A stretch of DNA of 32,000 nt from Ignicoccus hospitalis KIN4/I (lineage in GTDB: Archaea; Thermoproteota; Thermoprotei_A; Sulfolobales; Ignicoccaceae). Of the stretch, positions 1 to 9,139 are shown piece by piece (the stretch's first letter is position 1; each line of letters opens with the position of its first letter). The notes below the pieces were generated by a model, which was given only the letters and a program-made list of their open reading frames with translations, had not been told where the DNA came from and did no database searches. A program made the position numbers and the translations under genes. Location: NCBI RefSeq assembly GCF_000017945.1, contig NC_009776.1, positions 1,260,001-1,292,000 of the forward strand. Direction: 5' to 3'.

Positions 1-1743
1 GGGGTTGTAGTTGAGCGTTATCACTTCTTCGGCGCCGTACTTTCTTAACGACCTAACTAACGATACCACGGCCCAATCAAATTCTACTGAGATCCCTATC
101 TTGAAGACTCCCGCTCCGAGTACCATAGTCTTGTACCTCTTGTCTGTGAATTTCACGTCATCCTCAGTGCCGTCATAAGTCAAGTACAAGTAGTTAGTTA
201 CCGCGGGCCACTCCGCCGCTAGGGTGTCTATCCTCTTAACCTTAGGTAATAGACCAGTCCTTATATCCACCTTCAGTTCCTTGTCACTGAAGCCAAGTAT
301 CTTCGAATACTCGTAGTCGGCAGCGCTTCTTTCGATCTCTTTCTTCTGTTCTACCACTTCTTTTATCCAATGTAAGAAGTACTTGTCTACCCCATACGCC
401 TCGTGTACCTCGTCCAGCGTGGCCCCTTCGTATATCGCCTTAGCAGCGTACAGGGGCCAATACGGCTCCCTCTTCCGGAGCTTTTCTAAGGCCTCCTCCT
501 TACTCTTTACCTTTATTGGCTCAAAGTCTGTTATCCCCTCCACCCCTATGTCTAACATCCTAAAGGCCTTCTGGAGGGCCTCTGCAACGTTCCTACCAAT
601 CGCCATTACCTCCCCTACACTCTTCATCTCGCTGTCGAGACTTTTTTCAACGCCTTCGAATTTATCCAAATCCCACCTTGGAACCTTAATCACGACGTAG
701 TCTAAACTGGGTTCGAAGCAAGCACACGTGGCACCGGTGACTTTGTTCAGGATTTCCCAAAGTTTGTAGCCCAGCGCCAGTTTCGCAGCGACGTACGCCA
801 ACGGATATCCGGTAGCCTTGCTCGCTAGGGCGCTCGACCTACTCATCCTGGGGTTCGTCTCTATAACGTAATAAGTCTCGCCGCGCGGGTCGAGGGCCAG
901 CTGGACGTTCCCTTCCCCAACTAATCCAATGACTTCTGCCACCCTAATTGAGGCATCTCTCAATATCTGGTACTCTCTGTTGGTTAACGTCTGACAAGGC
1001 GCTATCACCACTGAGTCGCCCGTGTGGACCCCCATGGGATCTAAGTTCTCTAAGCACGCCACAGCTACCGAATTGTTGTATGCATCCCTAACCACCTCAA
1101 ATTCTATCTCCTTCCAATGGTGGAGGTACTTCTCTACCAGCACTCTCCCGACCGCGCTCTGCGCGAAAGCCCTCACGACCCACTTCTCGAGTTCTCTTCT
1201 ATTCCATGCAATGAAGCTGCCCTTACCGCCCAAGGTGAACGCTATCCTCACTATTACCGGATATCCCAACCTTTCCGCTATCTCCAACGCTTCGTCCACA
1301 TTACTCGCCGCCTCGCTAGGGGGCATTGGGATTCCGTTTTCCTTCATAGTCTTGGCAAACAGAGTCTTGTCGGTGGCTTTCTTTATACCCTCTATGGGCG
1401 TTCCTATCACCTTCACGCCGTACTTCTGCAAGACGCCGCTTTCCCAGAGCTCCACCCCTAACGTGAGGGCCGTCTGTCCGCCGAAGCCTATGAGTATGCC
1501 GTCGGGCCTCTCGGCCTCAATTATTTTTTCTAGTATGTCCCTCCTCAGCGGAACGAAGTACAACTTGTCGCTCATCTCTTTGGTGGTTTGAACTGTCGCC
1601 ACGTTAGGGTTTACTAGTATGGTTTCTATACCTTCCTCGCGGAGGGCCTTCAGCGCTTGGCTCGTGCTATAATCGAACTCGGCCGCCTCGCCTATCTTGA
1701 TTGCGCCGGAGCCTATAATCAAAACGCTCCTCAAGTCGTTCAT
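1..1743 (-). CDS. carB: Carbamoyl-phosphate synthase large subunit, N-terminal part; gene continues off the left edge
   Basis: Minus-strand reading from ATG at 1743 gives [69 protein letters not shown]..., characteristic of CarB; start overlaps the carA stop (ATGA). Absent from the ORF track because no stop lies in the window. Confidence 0.96.
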   Translation of the reverse strand, partial: MNDLRSVLIIGSGAIKIGEAAEFDYSTSQALKALREEGIETILVNPNVATVQTTKEMSDKLYFVPLRRDILEKIIEAERPDGILIGFGGQTALTLGVELWESGVLQKYGVKVIGTPIEGIKKATDKTLFAKTMKENGIPMPPSEAASNVDEALEIAERLGYPVIVRIAFTLGGKGSFIAWNRRELEKWVVRAFAQSAVGRVLVEKYLHHWKEIEFEVVRDAYNNSVAVACLENLDPMGVHTGDSVVIAPCQTLTNREYQILRDASIRVAEVIGLVGEGNVQLALDPRGETYYVIETNPRMSRSSALASKATGYPLAYVAAKLALGYKLWEILNKVTGATCACFEPSLDYVVIKVPRWDLDKFEGVEKSLDSEMKSVGEVMAIGRNVAEALQKAFRMLDIGVEGITDFEPIKVKSKEEALEKLRKREPYWPLYAAKAIYEGATLDEVHEAYGVDKYFLHWIKEVVEQKKEIERSAADYEYSKILGFSDKELKVDIRTGLLPKVKRIDTLAAEWPAVTNYLYLTYDGTEDDVKFTDKRYKTMVLGAGVFKIGISVEFDWAVVSLVRSLRKYGAEEVITLNYNP

Positions 1744-2861
1744 TGAGCCTTCACCTCAGAGGCGAACTTGTCGAAAATCCACAAGGTGTCGTGAGGACCC
1801 GGGGAGGATTCTGGGTGGAACTGGACGCTGAAAACTGGCCTCTTCGGGTCCTTGCTTATCACCCCCTCGAGGGTGTTGTCATCAGGGTTCACGAACCACT
1901 TCCTAAACTTTACGTTGTCTATAGTTTTCGGGTCCACCGCGTATCCGTGGTTCTCGCTAACTATGAAGCACCTCCCCTCTGAGTCCTTGACGGGCTTGTT
2001 AACCCCCCTATGACCGTACTTCATTTTGTAAACCCGGCCTCCGAAGGTCATGTTTAGGATTTGATGACCTAAGCATATGGCTAGGATGGGCAGTCCGAGT
2101 TCGTATGCGGCCTCTACGAACTTGTGTAAGTTATACTTCTCCATCGCCATCGTGGGGTTTCCAGGGCCGTTGGCGAGCACAACTCCTTTAACTTCATCCA
2201 GTATCTTTAGCCCTTCTCCGCAAGGGACTCTGATCACCTTGAGGCCTCGAGAAGCGAGCTCCCTTACGATTCCGTATTTGACTCCACAATCCAAGAGCGC
2301 GACCGGCTCGCCCGAGCCGTGTTCCATCACCTTAGGGGGGCGCACTGAGGAGACGTAATCAACCTCGTCGTACCTCGGCGCGCTTTCCAGTGCCCTTATC
2401 GCATCTTCCACGTCTCCGGTAGTGGTAATGGCGCCCATCATCACTCCTTTTTCCCTTATCTTTTTGACCAACATCCTAGTGTCCACGCCTTGAATGCCCG
2501 GCACGCCCTCTTCCTTGAACCACTCGTCCAAATCCTTAACCGACGCCCAGTGGTTGGGTTTGGTCAACCTAGCTATTACGAAGCCCTCTACCTTTATACC
2601 GTTAGATTCATAGTGGAGAGGTAAGTTGCTCTTTGGATCAATAATGTTGGGGTCGGGCACGCCGTAGTTGCCGACCATGGGGTGAGTCATAATCAGTATT
2701 TGACCTTTGTAGGAAGGGTCCGTGAGCGCTTCTGGGTAGCCGTTCATCGTGGTGGTGAAGACTACCTCCCCGACCCTAACGGCCCGGGCACCGAACGCGC
2801 AGCCCTCGAATATGCTTAGGTCCTCTAGCACTAAGAACGCCTTATCCCCTCGACATCTCAA
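1740..2861 (-). CDS. carA: Carbamoyl-phosphate synthase small (glutamine amidotransferase) subunit
   Basis: Conserved [10 protein letters not shown]-like segment ([10 protein letters not shown]), class I amidotransferase motif [10 protein letters not shown], and [12 protein letters not shown]; TTG start; adjacent to carB. Confidence 0.96.
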   Translation of the reverse strand: MRCRGDKAFLVLEDLSIFEGCAFGARAVRVGEVVFTTTMNGYPEALTDPSYKGQILIMTHPMVGNYGVPDPNIIDPKSNLPLHYESNGIKVEGFVIARLTKPNHWASVKDLDEWFKEEGVPGIQGVDTRMLVKKIREKGVMMGAITTTGDVEDAIRALESAPRYDEVDYVSSVRPPKVMEHGSGEPVALLDCGVKYGIVRELASRGLKVIRVPCGEGLKILDEVKGVVLANGPGNPTMAMEKYNLHKFVEAAYELGLPILAICLGHQILNMTFGGRVYKMKYGHRGVNKPVKDSEGRCFIVSENHGYAVDPKTIDNVKFRKWFVNPDDNTLEGVISKDPKRPVFSVQFHPESSPGPHDTLWIFDKFASEVKAQ

Positions 2862-2892
2862 TAGGACCCGCGTCTGAAGGCTTCAAAGGGGG

Positions 2893-2905
2893 TTTATATA
2901 GTATA
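2893..2905 (-). promoter_or_regulatory. TATA-box-like element for carA
   Basis: Minus strand reads TTATACTATATAAACC about 30-40 nt upstream of the carA TTG start, so the transcript is probably leaderless or nearly so. Confidence 0.5.
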
Positions 2906-2986
2906 ACTAAAGCTTCTTCAATCACATGTCTAAACATGCATAAGCGATATATGCACTCGGGCGCCCCGGCTTGGGGTGGGCTTCCA

Positions 2987-4177
2987 GTGAGCGAAATATA
3001 CATAATTTCGGCCGTGAGGACGCCGATAGGCAAGTTCCTCGGCTCGCTGAGCGGAATCCCCGCTCCAGACTTAGCCGCCATAGCCGCTAAAGAGGCAATA
3101 AAGAGGGCCGGAATAGAGCCCAAGGACGTAGACTTCTACGCGTTCGGTAACGTGATAGGGGCGGCTGTAGGTCAAAACCCCGCCCGCAGAACCGCGTTGT
3201 TAGCGGGCATCCCATACGAAGTGGACGGCCATACGGTAAACTTGGTCTGTTCTTCGGGAATGATGGCAATGATAGACGCTATAAGGGCCTTCAAGGCCGG
3301 AGACGCGAAAATAGCCCTCGTAGGCGGCATGGAAAGTATGAGCAGGGCTCCCCTCTGCCTGCCTCCCGAAGCTAGGAGCGGGATAAAGCACTTGGTAGGA
3401 AGGGAGGCAAAGCTCATAGACACCATGGTACTGGACGGACTAACCGACTCTTGGAACTGGCAGCTAATGGGCGTAGAAGCGGACATGACTGCTAAGAAGT
3501 ACGGAGCGAAGAGGGAAGAACTGGACTGGATCGCTTATCAGAGCCACATGAGGGCGGCCAAAGCGACCGACGAAGGAATTTTTGAGAAGGAGATTGTGCC
3601 GATAGAGGTTAAGACTAAGAAAGGCGTCGTAACGATAAAAAGCGACGAGGGGATTAGGAGGGACACCAGCCCAGAGAAGTTAGCCAAGCTTCCCCCGGCC
3701 TTCACGCCCGACGGGGTACACACAGCCGGCAACAGCTCCCAACTGAGCGACGGCGCGGCCGCTCTGATAATGGCTCCAGAAGAAGTCGTGAACGAGTACG
3801 GCCTCAAGCCCGTAGCTAGGGTCCTAGCCTACGACATAGTGGGTTTGAAGCCTGAAGACTTCGTGGAGGCGCCAGTTCCCGGAATAAAGAGGATATCAGA
3901 AAAGGTCGGCGTTAAGCCAGACGACTGGGACCTCTACGAGGTCAACGAGGCGTTTGCAATAAGCTTGTGGTTGCCTCACCACCTCTTAGGAATACCTTAC
4001 GAGCGGATGAACGTACACGGCGGCGCCATAGCGATAGGCCACCCCTTGGGCGCCTCCGGCGCCAGAATAGTAGTAACCTTGATTAACGCTCTAAAGACCC
4101 ACAACAAGAGCCGGGGGGTCGCGACCCTCTGTCACGGAACTGGAGGGGGGAGCACCCTAGCGATCGAAGTGTTTTAA
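2987..4177 (+). CDS. Thiolase family protein (acetyl-CoA/acetoacetyl-CoA C-acetyltransferase type)
   Basis: IYIISAVRTPIGKFLGSL, NLVCSSGMMAM (active Cys), NEAFAIS, GGAIAIGHPLGASGARI, CHGTGGGS. The track ORF starts at 2936; GTG at 2987 gives the conserved N-terminus VSEIYIISAVRTP. Confidence 0.92.
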   Translation: MSEIYIISAVRTPIGKFLGSLSGIPAPDLAAIAAKEAIKRAGIEPKDVDFYAFGNVIGAAVGQNPARRTALLAGIPYEVDGHTVNLVCSSGMMAMIDAIRAFKAGDAKIALVGGMESMSRAPLCLPPEARSGIKHLVGREAKLIDTMVLDGLTDSWNWQLMGVEADMTAKKYGAKREELDWIAYQSHMRAAKATDEGIFEKEIVPIEVKTKKGVVTIKSDEGIRRDTSPEKLAKLPPAFTPDGVHTAGNSSQLSDGAAALIMAPEEVVNEYGLKPVARVLAYDIVGLKPEDFVEAPVPGIKRISEKVGVKPDDWDLYEVNEAFAISLWLPHHLLGIPYERMNVHGGAIAIGHPLGASGARIVVTLINALKTHNKSRGVATLCHGTGGGSTLAIEVF

Positions 4178-4198
4178 GCCCGGCTCCGACTCGCGACG

Positions 4199-4213
4199 TC
4201 CTTTGTTAAAGGA
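4199..4213. terminator. Possible small hairpin downstream of the thiolase
   Basis: Perfect inverted repeat TCCTTT-gtt-AAAGGA beginning 22 nt after the thiolase stop. Confidence 0.25.
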
Positions 4214-4308
4214 TCATCAATTAGAAGCCTTATTCGACTGAGGATCCCTCACTACTGGAAATAAAGTATTTAAATAGAATTGCCCCGCTCGTCTGCGGGA
4301 GGGAAGCC

Positions 4309-4479
4309 TTGAAGGCGAAGTGTCCCGTGTGCGGCGCCGAGATAGAGCTCCCCGACGACGTCATGGACGGAGAGATAGTGGAGTGTCCCCAATGCGGCGC
4401 CACCCTGGAGGTCAAGAAGAGTGGGGACAAGGTGGAACTGAAGGTAGCCGAAGAAGTGGGAGAGGACTGGGGCCAGTAG
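4309..4479 (+). CDS. lysW: LysW-type amino-group carrier protein (56 aa), missed by the ORF track
   Basis: Translation from TTG: MKAKCPVCGAEIELPDDVMDGEIVECPQCGATLEVKKSGDKVELKVAEEVGEDWGQ. CPVC/CPQC zinc ribbon and the EDWG tail are LysW hallmarks; directly upstream of lysX. Confidence 0.93.
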   Translation: MKAKCPVCGAEIELPDDVMDGEIVECPQCGATLEVKKSGDKVELKVAEEVGEDWGQ

Positions 4480-4489
4480 CGAGCAGGGG

Positions 4490-5353
4490 GTGGAGGTGAG
4501 GTGGTTCCACCTCGTTGTGAAGGTCTATTATGATTTGCCCCGTGTCGAAGAGAAGCTGATAATAAAGTCGTTAGAGTCCCACGGACTTGAGACGGTTCCC
4601 GTCAACGTAACCAAGGAGCCGTTGCCCCTACAAGGCATAGAAGAACACGTACCAATAGTACGAGCCGTAAGCATGTTCAGATCTACTTACACCTCGGCTG
4701 TCCTCGAAGCAAACGGCATGAAACCCATAAACAGTGCTTACACAATCATGTTCTCCGGAGACAAGGTTCTAACGTACTCAGCCCTGGCATCTCACGGGAT
4801 ACCCATACCCAAGACCGTGATAGCCCTCAACGGGGACTCTACCGAAAAGGCTTACGCCAGCGTGGGGTTCCCACTCGTGGACAAGCCCCCTATAGGGAGC
4901 TGGGGGAGGCTGGTGAGCTTAGTAAGGGACTGGCACGAAGCCAAGATCGTAATAGAACATAGATCTATGATGAACAGCCCCCAAATGAAGGTACACATAG
5001 TTCAAGAATACGTCAAAATGCCGGAGAACAGAGACATAAGGTGTTTCGTAATTGGGGGTAACTGCTTGGGCTGTATCTACCGCGTACCCAGCGAGGGCGA
5101 GTGGAGGTCCAACGTAGCCCTCGGAGGGAAGGTGAGGGCCTTGAAGGACTCGACGGAGCCGTGCGAGCTGGCGGTAAAGGCCGCGGAGGCTCTGAAGGGA
5201 GAAGTGGTATCGATAGATATCTTTGAAGGGAAGGAAGGATACTTAGTGAACGAGGTGAACGGCGTCCCGGAGTTTAAAGGGTTTATGAAGGCTACGGGTA
5301 TTAATGTGGGAGACGAAATAGCGAAGTACGTCTACGAGAGGGTTAAGAGATGA
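4490..5353 (+). CDS. lysX: LysX/ArgX-type ATP-grasp ligase (LysW-dependent amino-group protection)
   Basis: RimK-like ATP-grasp with GDKVLTYSALASHGIPIPKT, DKPPIGSWGRLVSLV, VQEYVKMPENRDIRCFVIG, NEVNGVPEFKGF; adjacent to lysW; GTG start. Confidence 0.88.
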   Translation: MEVRWFHLVVKVYYDLPRVEEKLIIKSLESHGLETVPVNVTKEPLPLQGIEEHVPIVRAVSMFRSTYTSAVLEANGMKPINSAYTIMFSGDKVLTYSALASHGIPIPKTVIALNGDSTEKAYASVGFPLVDKPPIGSWGRLVSLVRDWHEAKIVIEHRSMMNSPQMKVHIVQEYVKMPENRDIRCFVIGGNCLGCIYRVPSEGEWRSNVALGGKVRALKDSTEPCELAVKAAEALKGEVVSIDIFEGKEGYLVNEVNGVPEFKGFMKATGINVGDEIAKYVYERVKR

Positions 5354-5405
5354 GTTTATCAAGCGGCCACCGCGCGGGGGCAAGTTTTTGTACGTGAAAC
5401 AAACT

Positions 5406-5900
5406 CTAGGAACCCAGCTCCTCGAAACCCTTCCTCAACCTTCTCCACGTCTCGTTCAGAGCTTCGGGAAGCACCTTCGTCCTCGATATTATGGTCATAA
5501 AGTTCGCGTCCCCGCACCACCGGGGGACCACGTGTAGGTGTAAGTGACCGGGTATGCCCGCGCCGGCCGCCCTCCCTAAGTTCCAACCCGCGTTGATGCC
5601 CTCTGGCCTGTACTCTCTTCTAAGGACTTCGACCGAACGCTTGAATAGCTTCACCATCTCGAGGATCTCGGCGTCGTCCATTTCAGTTACGTCGCTTACA
5701 TGTCGATAAGGGACTATCATGAGATGACCCGTGTTATAGGGAAAAGCATTCAACACCACGTAGTTGTATTTCCCTCTGTATAGTATTAGAGCTTCCTCGT
5801 CGTCCATGTTCGGAAGCTCGCAGAACACGCACTTCCCCTCCTCCTTGCCGGCCTTCTCTACGTACTGCATCCTCCACGGCGTCCACAGTACGTCGAACAC
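5406..5900 (-). CDS. HIT family hydrolase/phosphorylase
   Basis: CVFCELPN..., NAFPYNTGHLMIVPYRH, and HIT motif GHLHLHVVPRW. Confidence 0.93.
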   Translation of the reverse strand: MFDVLWTPWRMQYVEKAGKEEGKCVFCELPNMDDEEALILYRGKYNYVVLNAFPYNTGHLMIVPYRHVSDVTEMDDAEILEMVKLFKRSVEVLRREYRPEGINAGWNLGRAAGAGIPGHLHLHVVPRWCGDANFMTIISRTKVLPEALNETWRRLRKGFEELGS

Positions 5901-5906
5901 CTGGCC

Positions 5907-6698
5907 TCACCTCGTTAGCAACCAACGAATAGGTATATCTCCTATGAGCAGCGCCACTAGGAGTCCCCCAGTGATGTAGATAATGAAAGGTATACCATAA
6001 GTGACGAATATCTTCTCGTCCTCGCTCAAGAAGCCAGCATCCACGAACTCTTTAATCTTCCTTTGATGATCTTCGTACTCTTCGTCTATAGAGAAAGTGG
6101 TTCGGAGGAGGCGTTCTACTTTATCGTCTTTATATTGTACCAATTCCAGCGGGAACCAGAATTTCATTTTAAAATAATCCTTCACTTTGACTACTCTAGC
6201 TGAGGTCGCTAGGCGCAAGAGCTTTAAGCCTGTAACGTTTAATTCCTTCGCGTGTGAGACGAAGTCGTCGTTTAACAGGTTGGAAATCAACCTCAAGGGG
6301 ACCCACAAGGCGGCCAGGATCGTTGAGTAAAGCAAGGTTAGCAGAGGTACTGGCAGCAGCGCCCTAGGGCCGCCCAACGCGAAGGGGTACCAAGGCATGT
6401 CTACCGTTATGAATAGGAAAGCGAGTACGTCAGCCCCGCCCATCATGTTCCTTAACATTAGAAGGGCGAGTACCAGAATTATTATCGCTCCGCTCAAGAA
6501 TGAAAAGACTACGTAGTCCCCCAAGCCGGCGGAACTCAGGGTAACCGCCTCGTAAAGGGATGCCGGGAGCGCGAGAAGCGCTGCGGTCGCCCAGAGCTTC
6601 GGCGGTATTTCTCTGGTCTTCCAATCGAGGTACGAGGCGTAACTCAGAACAACCAACGCCAACGCTGTTCTGTAGACGTCCAACAACCACAAGTCCAT
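5907..6698 (-). CDS. Prepilin/preflagellin peptidase-like membrane protein (A24 family)
   Basis: Polytopic; LDWKTREIPPKLW (DxxxREIPP) and MMGGADVLAFLFI (GGAD, GxGD-type second Asp motif). Confidence 0.8.
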   Translation of the reverse strand: MDLWLLDVYRTALALVVLSYASYLDWKTREIPPKLWATAALLALPASLYEAVTLSSAGLGDYVVFSFLSGAIIILVLALLMLRNMMGGADVLAFLFITVDMPWYPFALGGPRALLPVPLLTLLYSTILAALWVPLRLISNLLNDDFVSHAKELNVTGLKLLRLATSARVVKVKDYFKMKFWFPLELVQYKDDKVERLLRTTFSIDEEYEDHQRKIKEFVDAGFLSEDEKIFVTYGIPFIIYITGGLLVALLIGDIPIRWLLTR

Positions 6699-6816
6699 TG
6701 GAGTGCCCCAAGGGGTTACGCCCGGGGCGTATAACCTCGGCTGGCTTTTCCTCAGTCATTTGAGGTCCTGCTACCGGGCATGAGTCCTCATTGGCAGTGT
6801 AAGGAGAACGGGGGCG

Positions 6817-6904
6817 TGGTGCGGGGGGTGGGATTTGAACCCACGCCGGCCTACGCCAGCGGGTCTTGAGCCCGCCCCCTTCGACCTGGCTCGGGCACCC
6901 CCGC
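6817..6904 (-). tRNA. tRNA-Leu (anticodon CAA), 3' CCA encoded
   Basis: Minus strand GCGGGGG...GCGGG-CTCAAGA-CCCGC...GTGGG-TTCAAAT-CCCAC-CCCCCGC-A-CCA; class II length with variable arm. Confidence 0.93.
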
Positions 6905-6943
6905 TCCACAGTGCGGGTCACACCTAGGATTATTAAGTTTGGG

Positions 6944-8137
6944 TCATCCCCCTTCCCTTGAAGACTCTAACATCCTTTCGTAGGTTTTCATCATCACTTT
7001 TACGAAGATCTTGTAAGCCCTCTCAGGGGGGAGTTCGGGGACTGCGGGCAGCTCTTCCGTCCACACGCTCGAGTAAGCGCTCCTTACCCTCTCTGACGTG
7101 ACGATCTCTAGTTCCCCGAGCTTGCGCTCCAACTCTTGCTGAATTTTGTATAGCACGTTCGCCAGCTTGGGCGAGAACCTCCACATGTGTCTCTCGAAGA
7201 AGTCTTCCCAAGGCATATCGTACTCGAAGCGACGGTAAGAAGCCTTGATAGCTTCCTCTATTATACCCGGGTCCTCGACCTCATTCCAAACGCTCTCGTC
7301 CAACTCGTGGAGGGTTTTGTAAGGGCAGAAAGTACACGCCACGCGGGGGAGGCCCTTTAGGTAGTCTGGGTGGACGGCGTTGACCTCCCTAACTATCTTG
7401 ACCACGTCGATAAGGGTCAGTAGGAATATGGGCCTCACCTTCTTGAAGTCGAACACCTTAGGGGTCGTAGGAGAGTGGAAAGACAGCCTCTTGAACCTCT
7501 TGATGGACTCGAACATGCGTTCGCCGTCAGCCCTCACGTAGTCCTTCATCTCCTTCAATACCTTCCTTATCGGCTTTACTTTTTGTGTAGTACACCACCT
7601 GTTCCCCCTGAAGGGCATCCCCTGCTTCAACATGTTTCTCATGATCTCCCTGTCAGCTTCTACCACCACTAACTTGACGCCTAGTCGGTTCGCAACTTTC
7701 TCGACGAAATCCACGTTTCGTGGGTTTTCTAGGTAGCTTACATGGGAATAGAGGAGCGTGACGTCGGCGCCCAAGTCGCTTAAGACCTTGGCCGCCGCGA
7801 CGCTGTCCTTACCCCCAGAGAAGTTCAACACTACCTTAATGTTGGGCGGGACCTTCTCGGACAACCACCTCAAGTACCCTTCGTAGTCTCCTGCAACGGA
7901 GACGAAGGGCCACTTTATGTCTTCGAAGAACCTACCGAAATTTAGCGTAATGCCAGAAACTTTCAACATATTGCCATCAATAAAGTCGTTAATTCTAATT
8001 GCCTTGCGAACGTCTAACCAAAGGTAGACGTCGTCGTTTATCCCGGTAAATTCGGCCGAGTCGACGAGCCACGACGCCACTCTCTTCACCTTTATCTCGG
8101 GATAGCGTTCCATTGAGGTGCACCGTAACCTTAACAC
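6944..8137 (-). CDS. PAPS-reductase/PP-loop ATPase family protein of unknown substrate
   Basis: VVLNFSGGKDSVAAAKVLSDLG (PP-loop), GMPFRGNRWCTTQKVKPI, CTFCPYKTL. The N-terminus may begin at the internal Met (MERYPEIKV...). Confidence 0.82.
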   Translation of the reverse strand: MLRLRCTSMERYPEIKVKRVASWLVDSAEFTGINDDVYLWLDVRKAIRINDFIDGNMLKVSGITLNFGRFFEDIKWPFVSVAGDYEGYLRWLSEKVPPNIKVVLNFSGGKDSVAAAKVLSDLGADVTLLYSHVSYLENPRNVDFVEKVANRLGVKLVVVEADREIMRNMLKQGMPFRGNRWCTTQKVKPIRKVLKEMKDYVRADGERMFESIKRFKRLSFHSPTTPKVFDFKKVRPIFLLTLIDVVKIVREVNAVHPDYLKGLPRVACTFCPYKTLHELDESVWNEVEDPGIIEEAIKASYRRFEYDMPWEDFFERHMWRFSPKLANVLYKIQQELERKLGELEIVTSERVRSAYSSVWTEELPAVPELPPERAYKIFVKVMMKTYERMLESSREGG

Positions 8138-8213
8138 GCGACGAAAGGTATTTTAAGCGTAGCACGCACACCGTGCGATAAGCTTTTATAATGTTCGCGA
8201 GAGCAGAACCCGG

Positions 8214-8289
8214 AGCCGGGTCGTCTAGCGGCCAAGGATGCGGGGCTTTGGCCCCCGTGACCGGGGTTCGAATCCCCGCCCGGCTACCA
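8214..8289 (+). tRNA. tRNA-Gln (anticodon TTG), 3' CCA encoded
   Basis: AGCCGGG...CGGGG-CTTTGGC-CCCCG...CGGGG-TTCGAAT-CCCCG-CCCGGCT-A-CCA; TATA-like CTTTTATAATG upstream. Confidence 0.93.
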
Positions 8290-8356
8290 CTTATCCATTC
8301 CCTCCCACAACTACAAAGCCTCAAGCGAGCTTTATTATGGTCCACGGGACCCCGCG

Positions 8357-8725
8357 GTGGGAGCGGAGGCCTTGTCGGTAAACTTCAGGCACGTGGGAGT
8401 AAGGGGGGTCAAGCCCCCGATCGGTACGTGCAACGACCCCGAGTGTCCTTGGCACGGACATCTAAAGGTAAGGGGCACCATTTTGGAGGGTGTAGTAGTC
8501 AAGAAGAAGATGAATAAGGCTGTGGTAGTACGCCACGAGTACTTGTACTACAACAGGAAGTACCAGAGGTACGAGAGGAGGAAGAGTAACATCCACGCCC
8601 GCTTGCCGCCCTGCCTCGCGGACGAGATAAAGGAAGGCGACGTCGTAGTTATTGGAGAGACGCGTCCCCTGGCTAAGAGTATAAGCTTCGTAGTCCTCGG
8701 CAAGAAGGCAGGGGGTGAAGAGTAA
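8357..8725 (+). CDS. rps17: 30S ribosomal protein uS17
   Basis: [62 protein letters not shown], typical archaeal S17. Confidence 0.96.
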   Translation: MGAEALSVNFRHVGVRGVKPPIGTCNDPECPWHGHLKVRGTILEGVVVKKKMNKAVVVRHEYLYYNRKYQRYERRKSNIHARLPPCLADEIKEGDVVVIGETRPLAKSISFVVLGKKAGGEE

Positions 8726-9138
8726 TGGTAAAGGCGTCAGCGAACAAGTCGCGTAGAAAGGTAGTAACCGGCCTCCAAGTGGGCAGCTACGTGAAGGTTA
8801 CGGACAACAGCGGGGCAAAGGTCGCCATGATTATCGGCGTGCCCGGCTACCACGGCAGGCTAAGGAGGATTCCTCCGGCGGGCGTGGGCGACATGGTGGT
8901 AGTGACTGTAAAGAAGGGAACGCCCGAAATGAGGCACCAGGTAGTTAGAGCGATAGTCGTTAGGCAGAGGAAGCCTTTCAGAAGGCCCGACGGCACTTGG
9001 GTTGCTTTCGAGGACAACGCGGTGGTCATCGTAAGCGAAGACGGCACGCCGAGGGGGTCGGAGATAAGGGGACCGGTCGCCCGCGAAGCGGTGGAAAGGT
9101 GGCCCAGGATAGGCAACGTGGCCAGCATAGTCGTGTGA
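8725..9138 (+). CDS. rpl14: 50S ribosomal protein uL14
   Basis: [23 protein letters not shown]...[50 protein letters not shown]...[20 protein letters not shown]. Confidence 0.97.
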   Translation: MVKASANKSRRKVVTGLQVGSYVKVTDNSGAKVAMIIGVPGYHGRLRRIPPAGVGDMVVVTVKKGTPEMRHQVVRAIVVRQRKPFRRPDGTWVAFEDNAVVIVSEDGTPRGSEIRGPVAREAVERWPRIGNVASIVV

Positions 9139-9139
9139 G

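Noticed and set aside
383-1591. Plus-strand ORFs 383-700, 1022-1591 and 1117-1461
   Set aside because: They are antisense to the clearly coding carB frame, with low-complexity Ser/Thr/Leu-rich translations.
2842-3807. Minus-strand and alternate-frame ORFs over the thiolase
   Set aside because: Shadow ORFs of a high-quality coding frame; no recognisable domains.
4199-4250. Possible C/D box sRNA on the minus strand (TTGATGAT as a C box)
   Set aside because: No D box (CTGA) at a workable distance on that strand.
4230-4430. Track ORF of 66 aa overlapping the lysW region
   Set aside because: The frame is wrong; the real gene on this stretch is lysW (4309-4479).
6740-6820. Possible C/D box sRNA downstream of tRNA-Leu (minus strand ATGAGGA...ACTGAGG)
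   Set aside because: Only about 40 nt between boxes, degenerate C box and no clear C'/D' pair; too weak to call.
6430-6921. 163-aa minus-strand ORF running across tRNA-Leu and the start of the prepilin peptidase gene
   Set aside because: It overlaps a well-supported tRNA and an in-frame peptidase gene and has no domain signal.
7995-8517. ORFs 7995-8345 and 8191-8517 crossing tRNA-Gln
   Set aside because: They include the tRNA (translating tRNA sequence) and a shifted frame of uS17.
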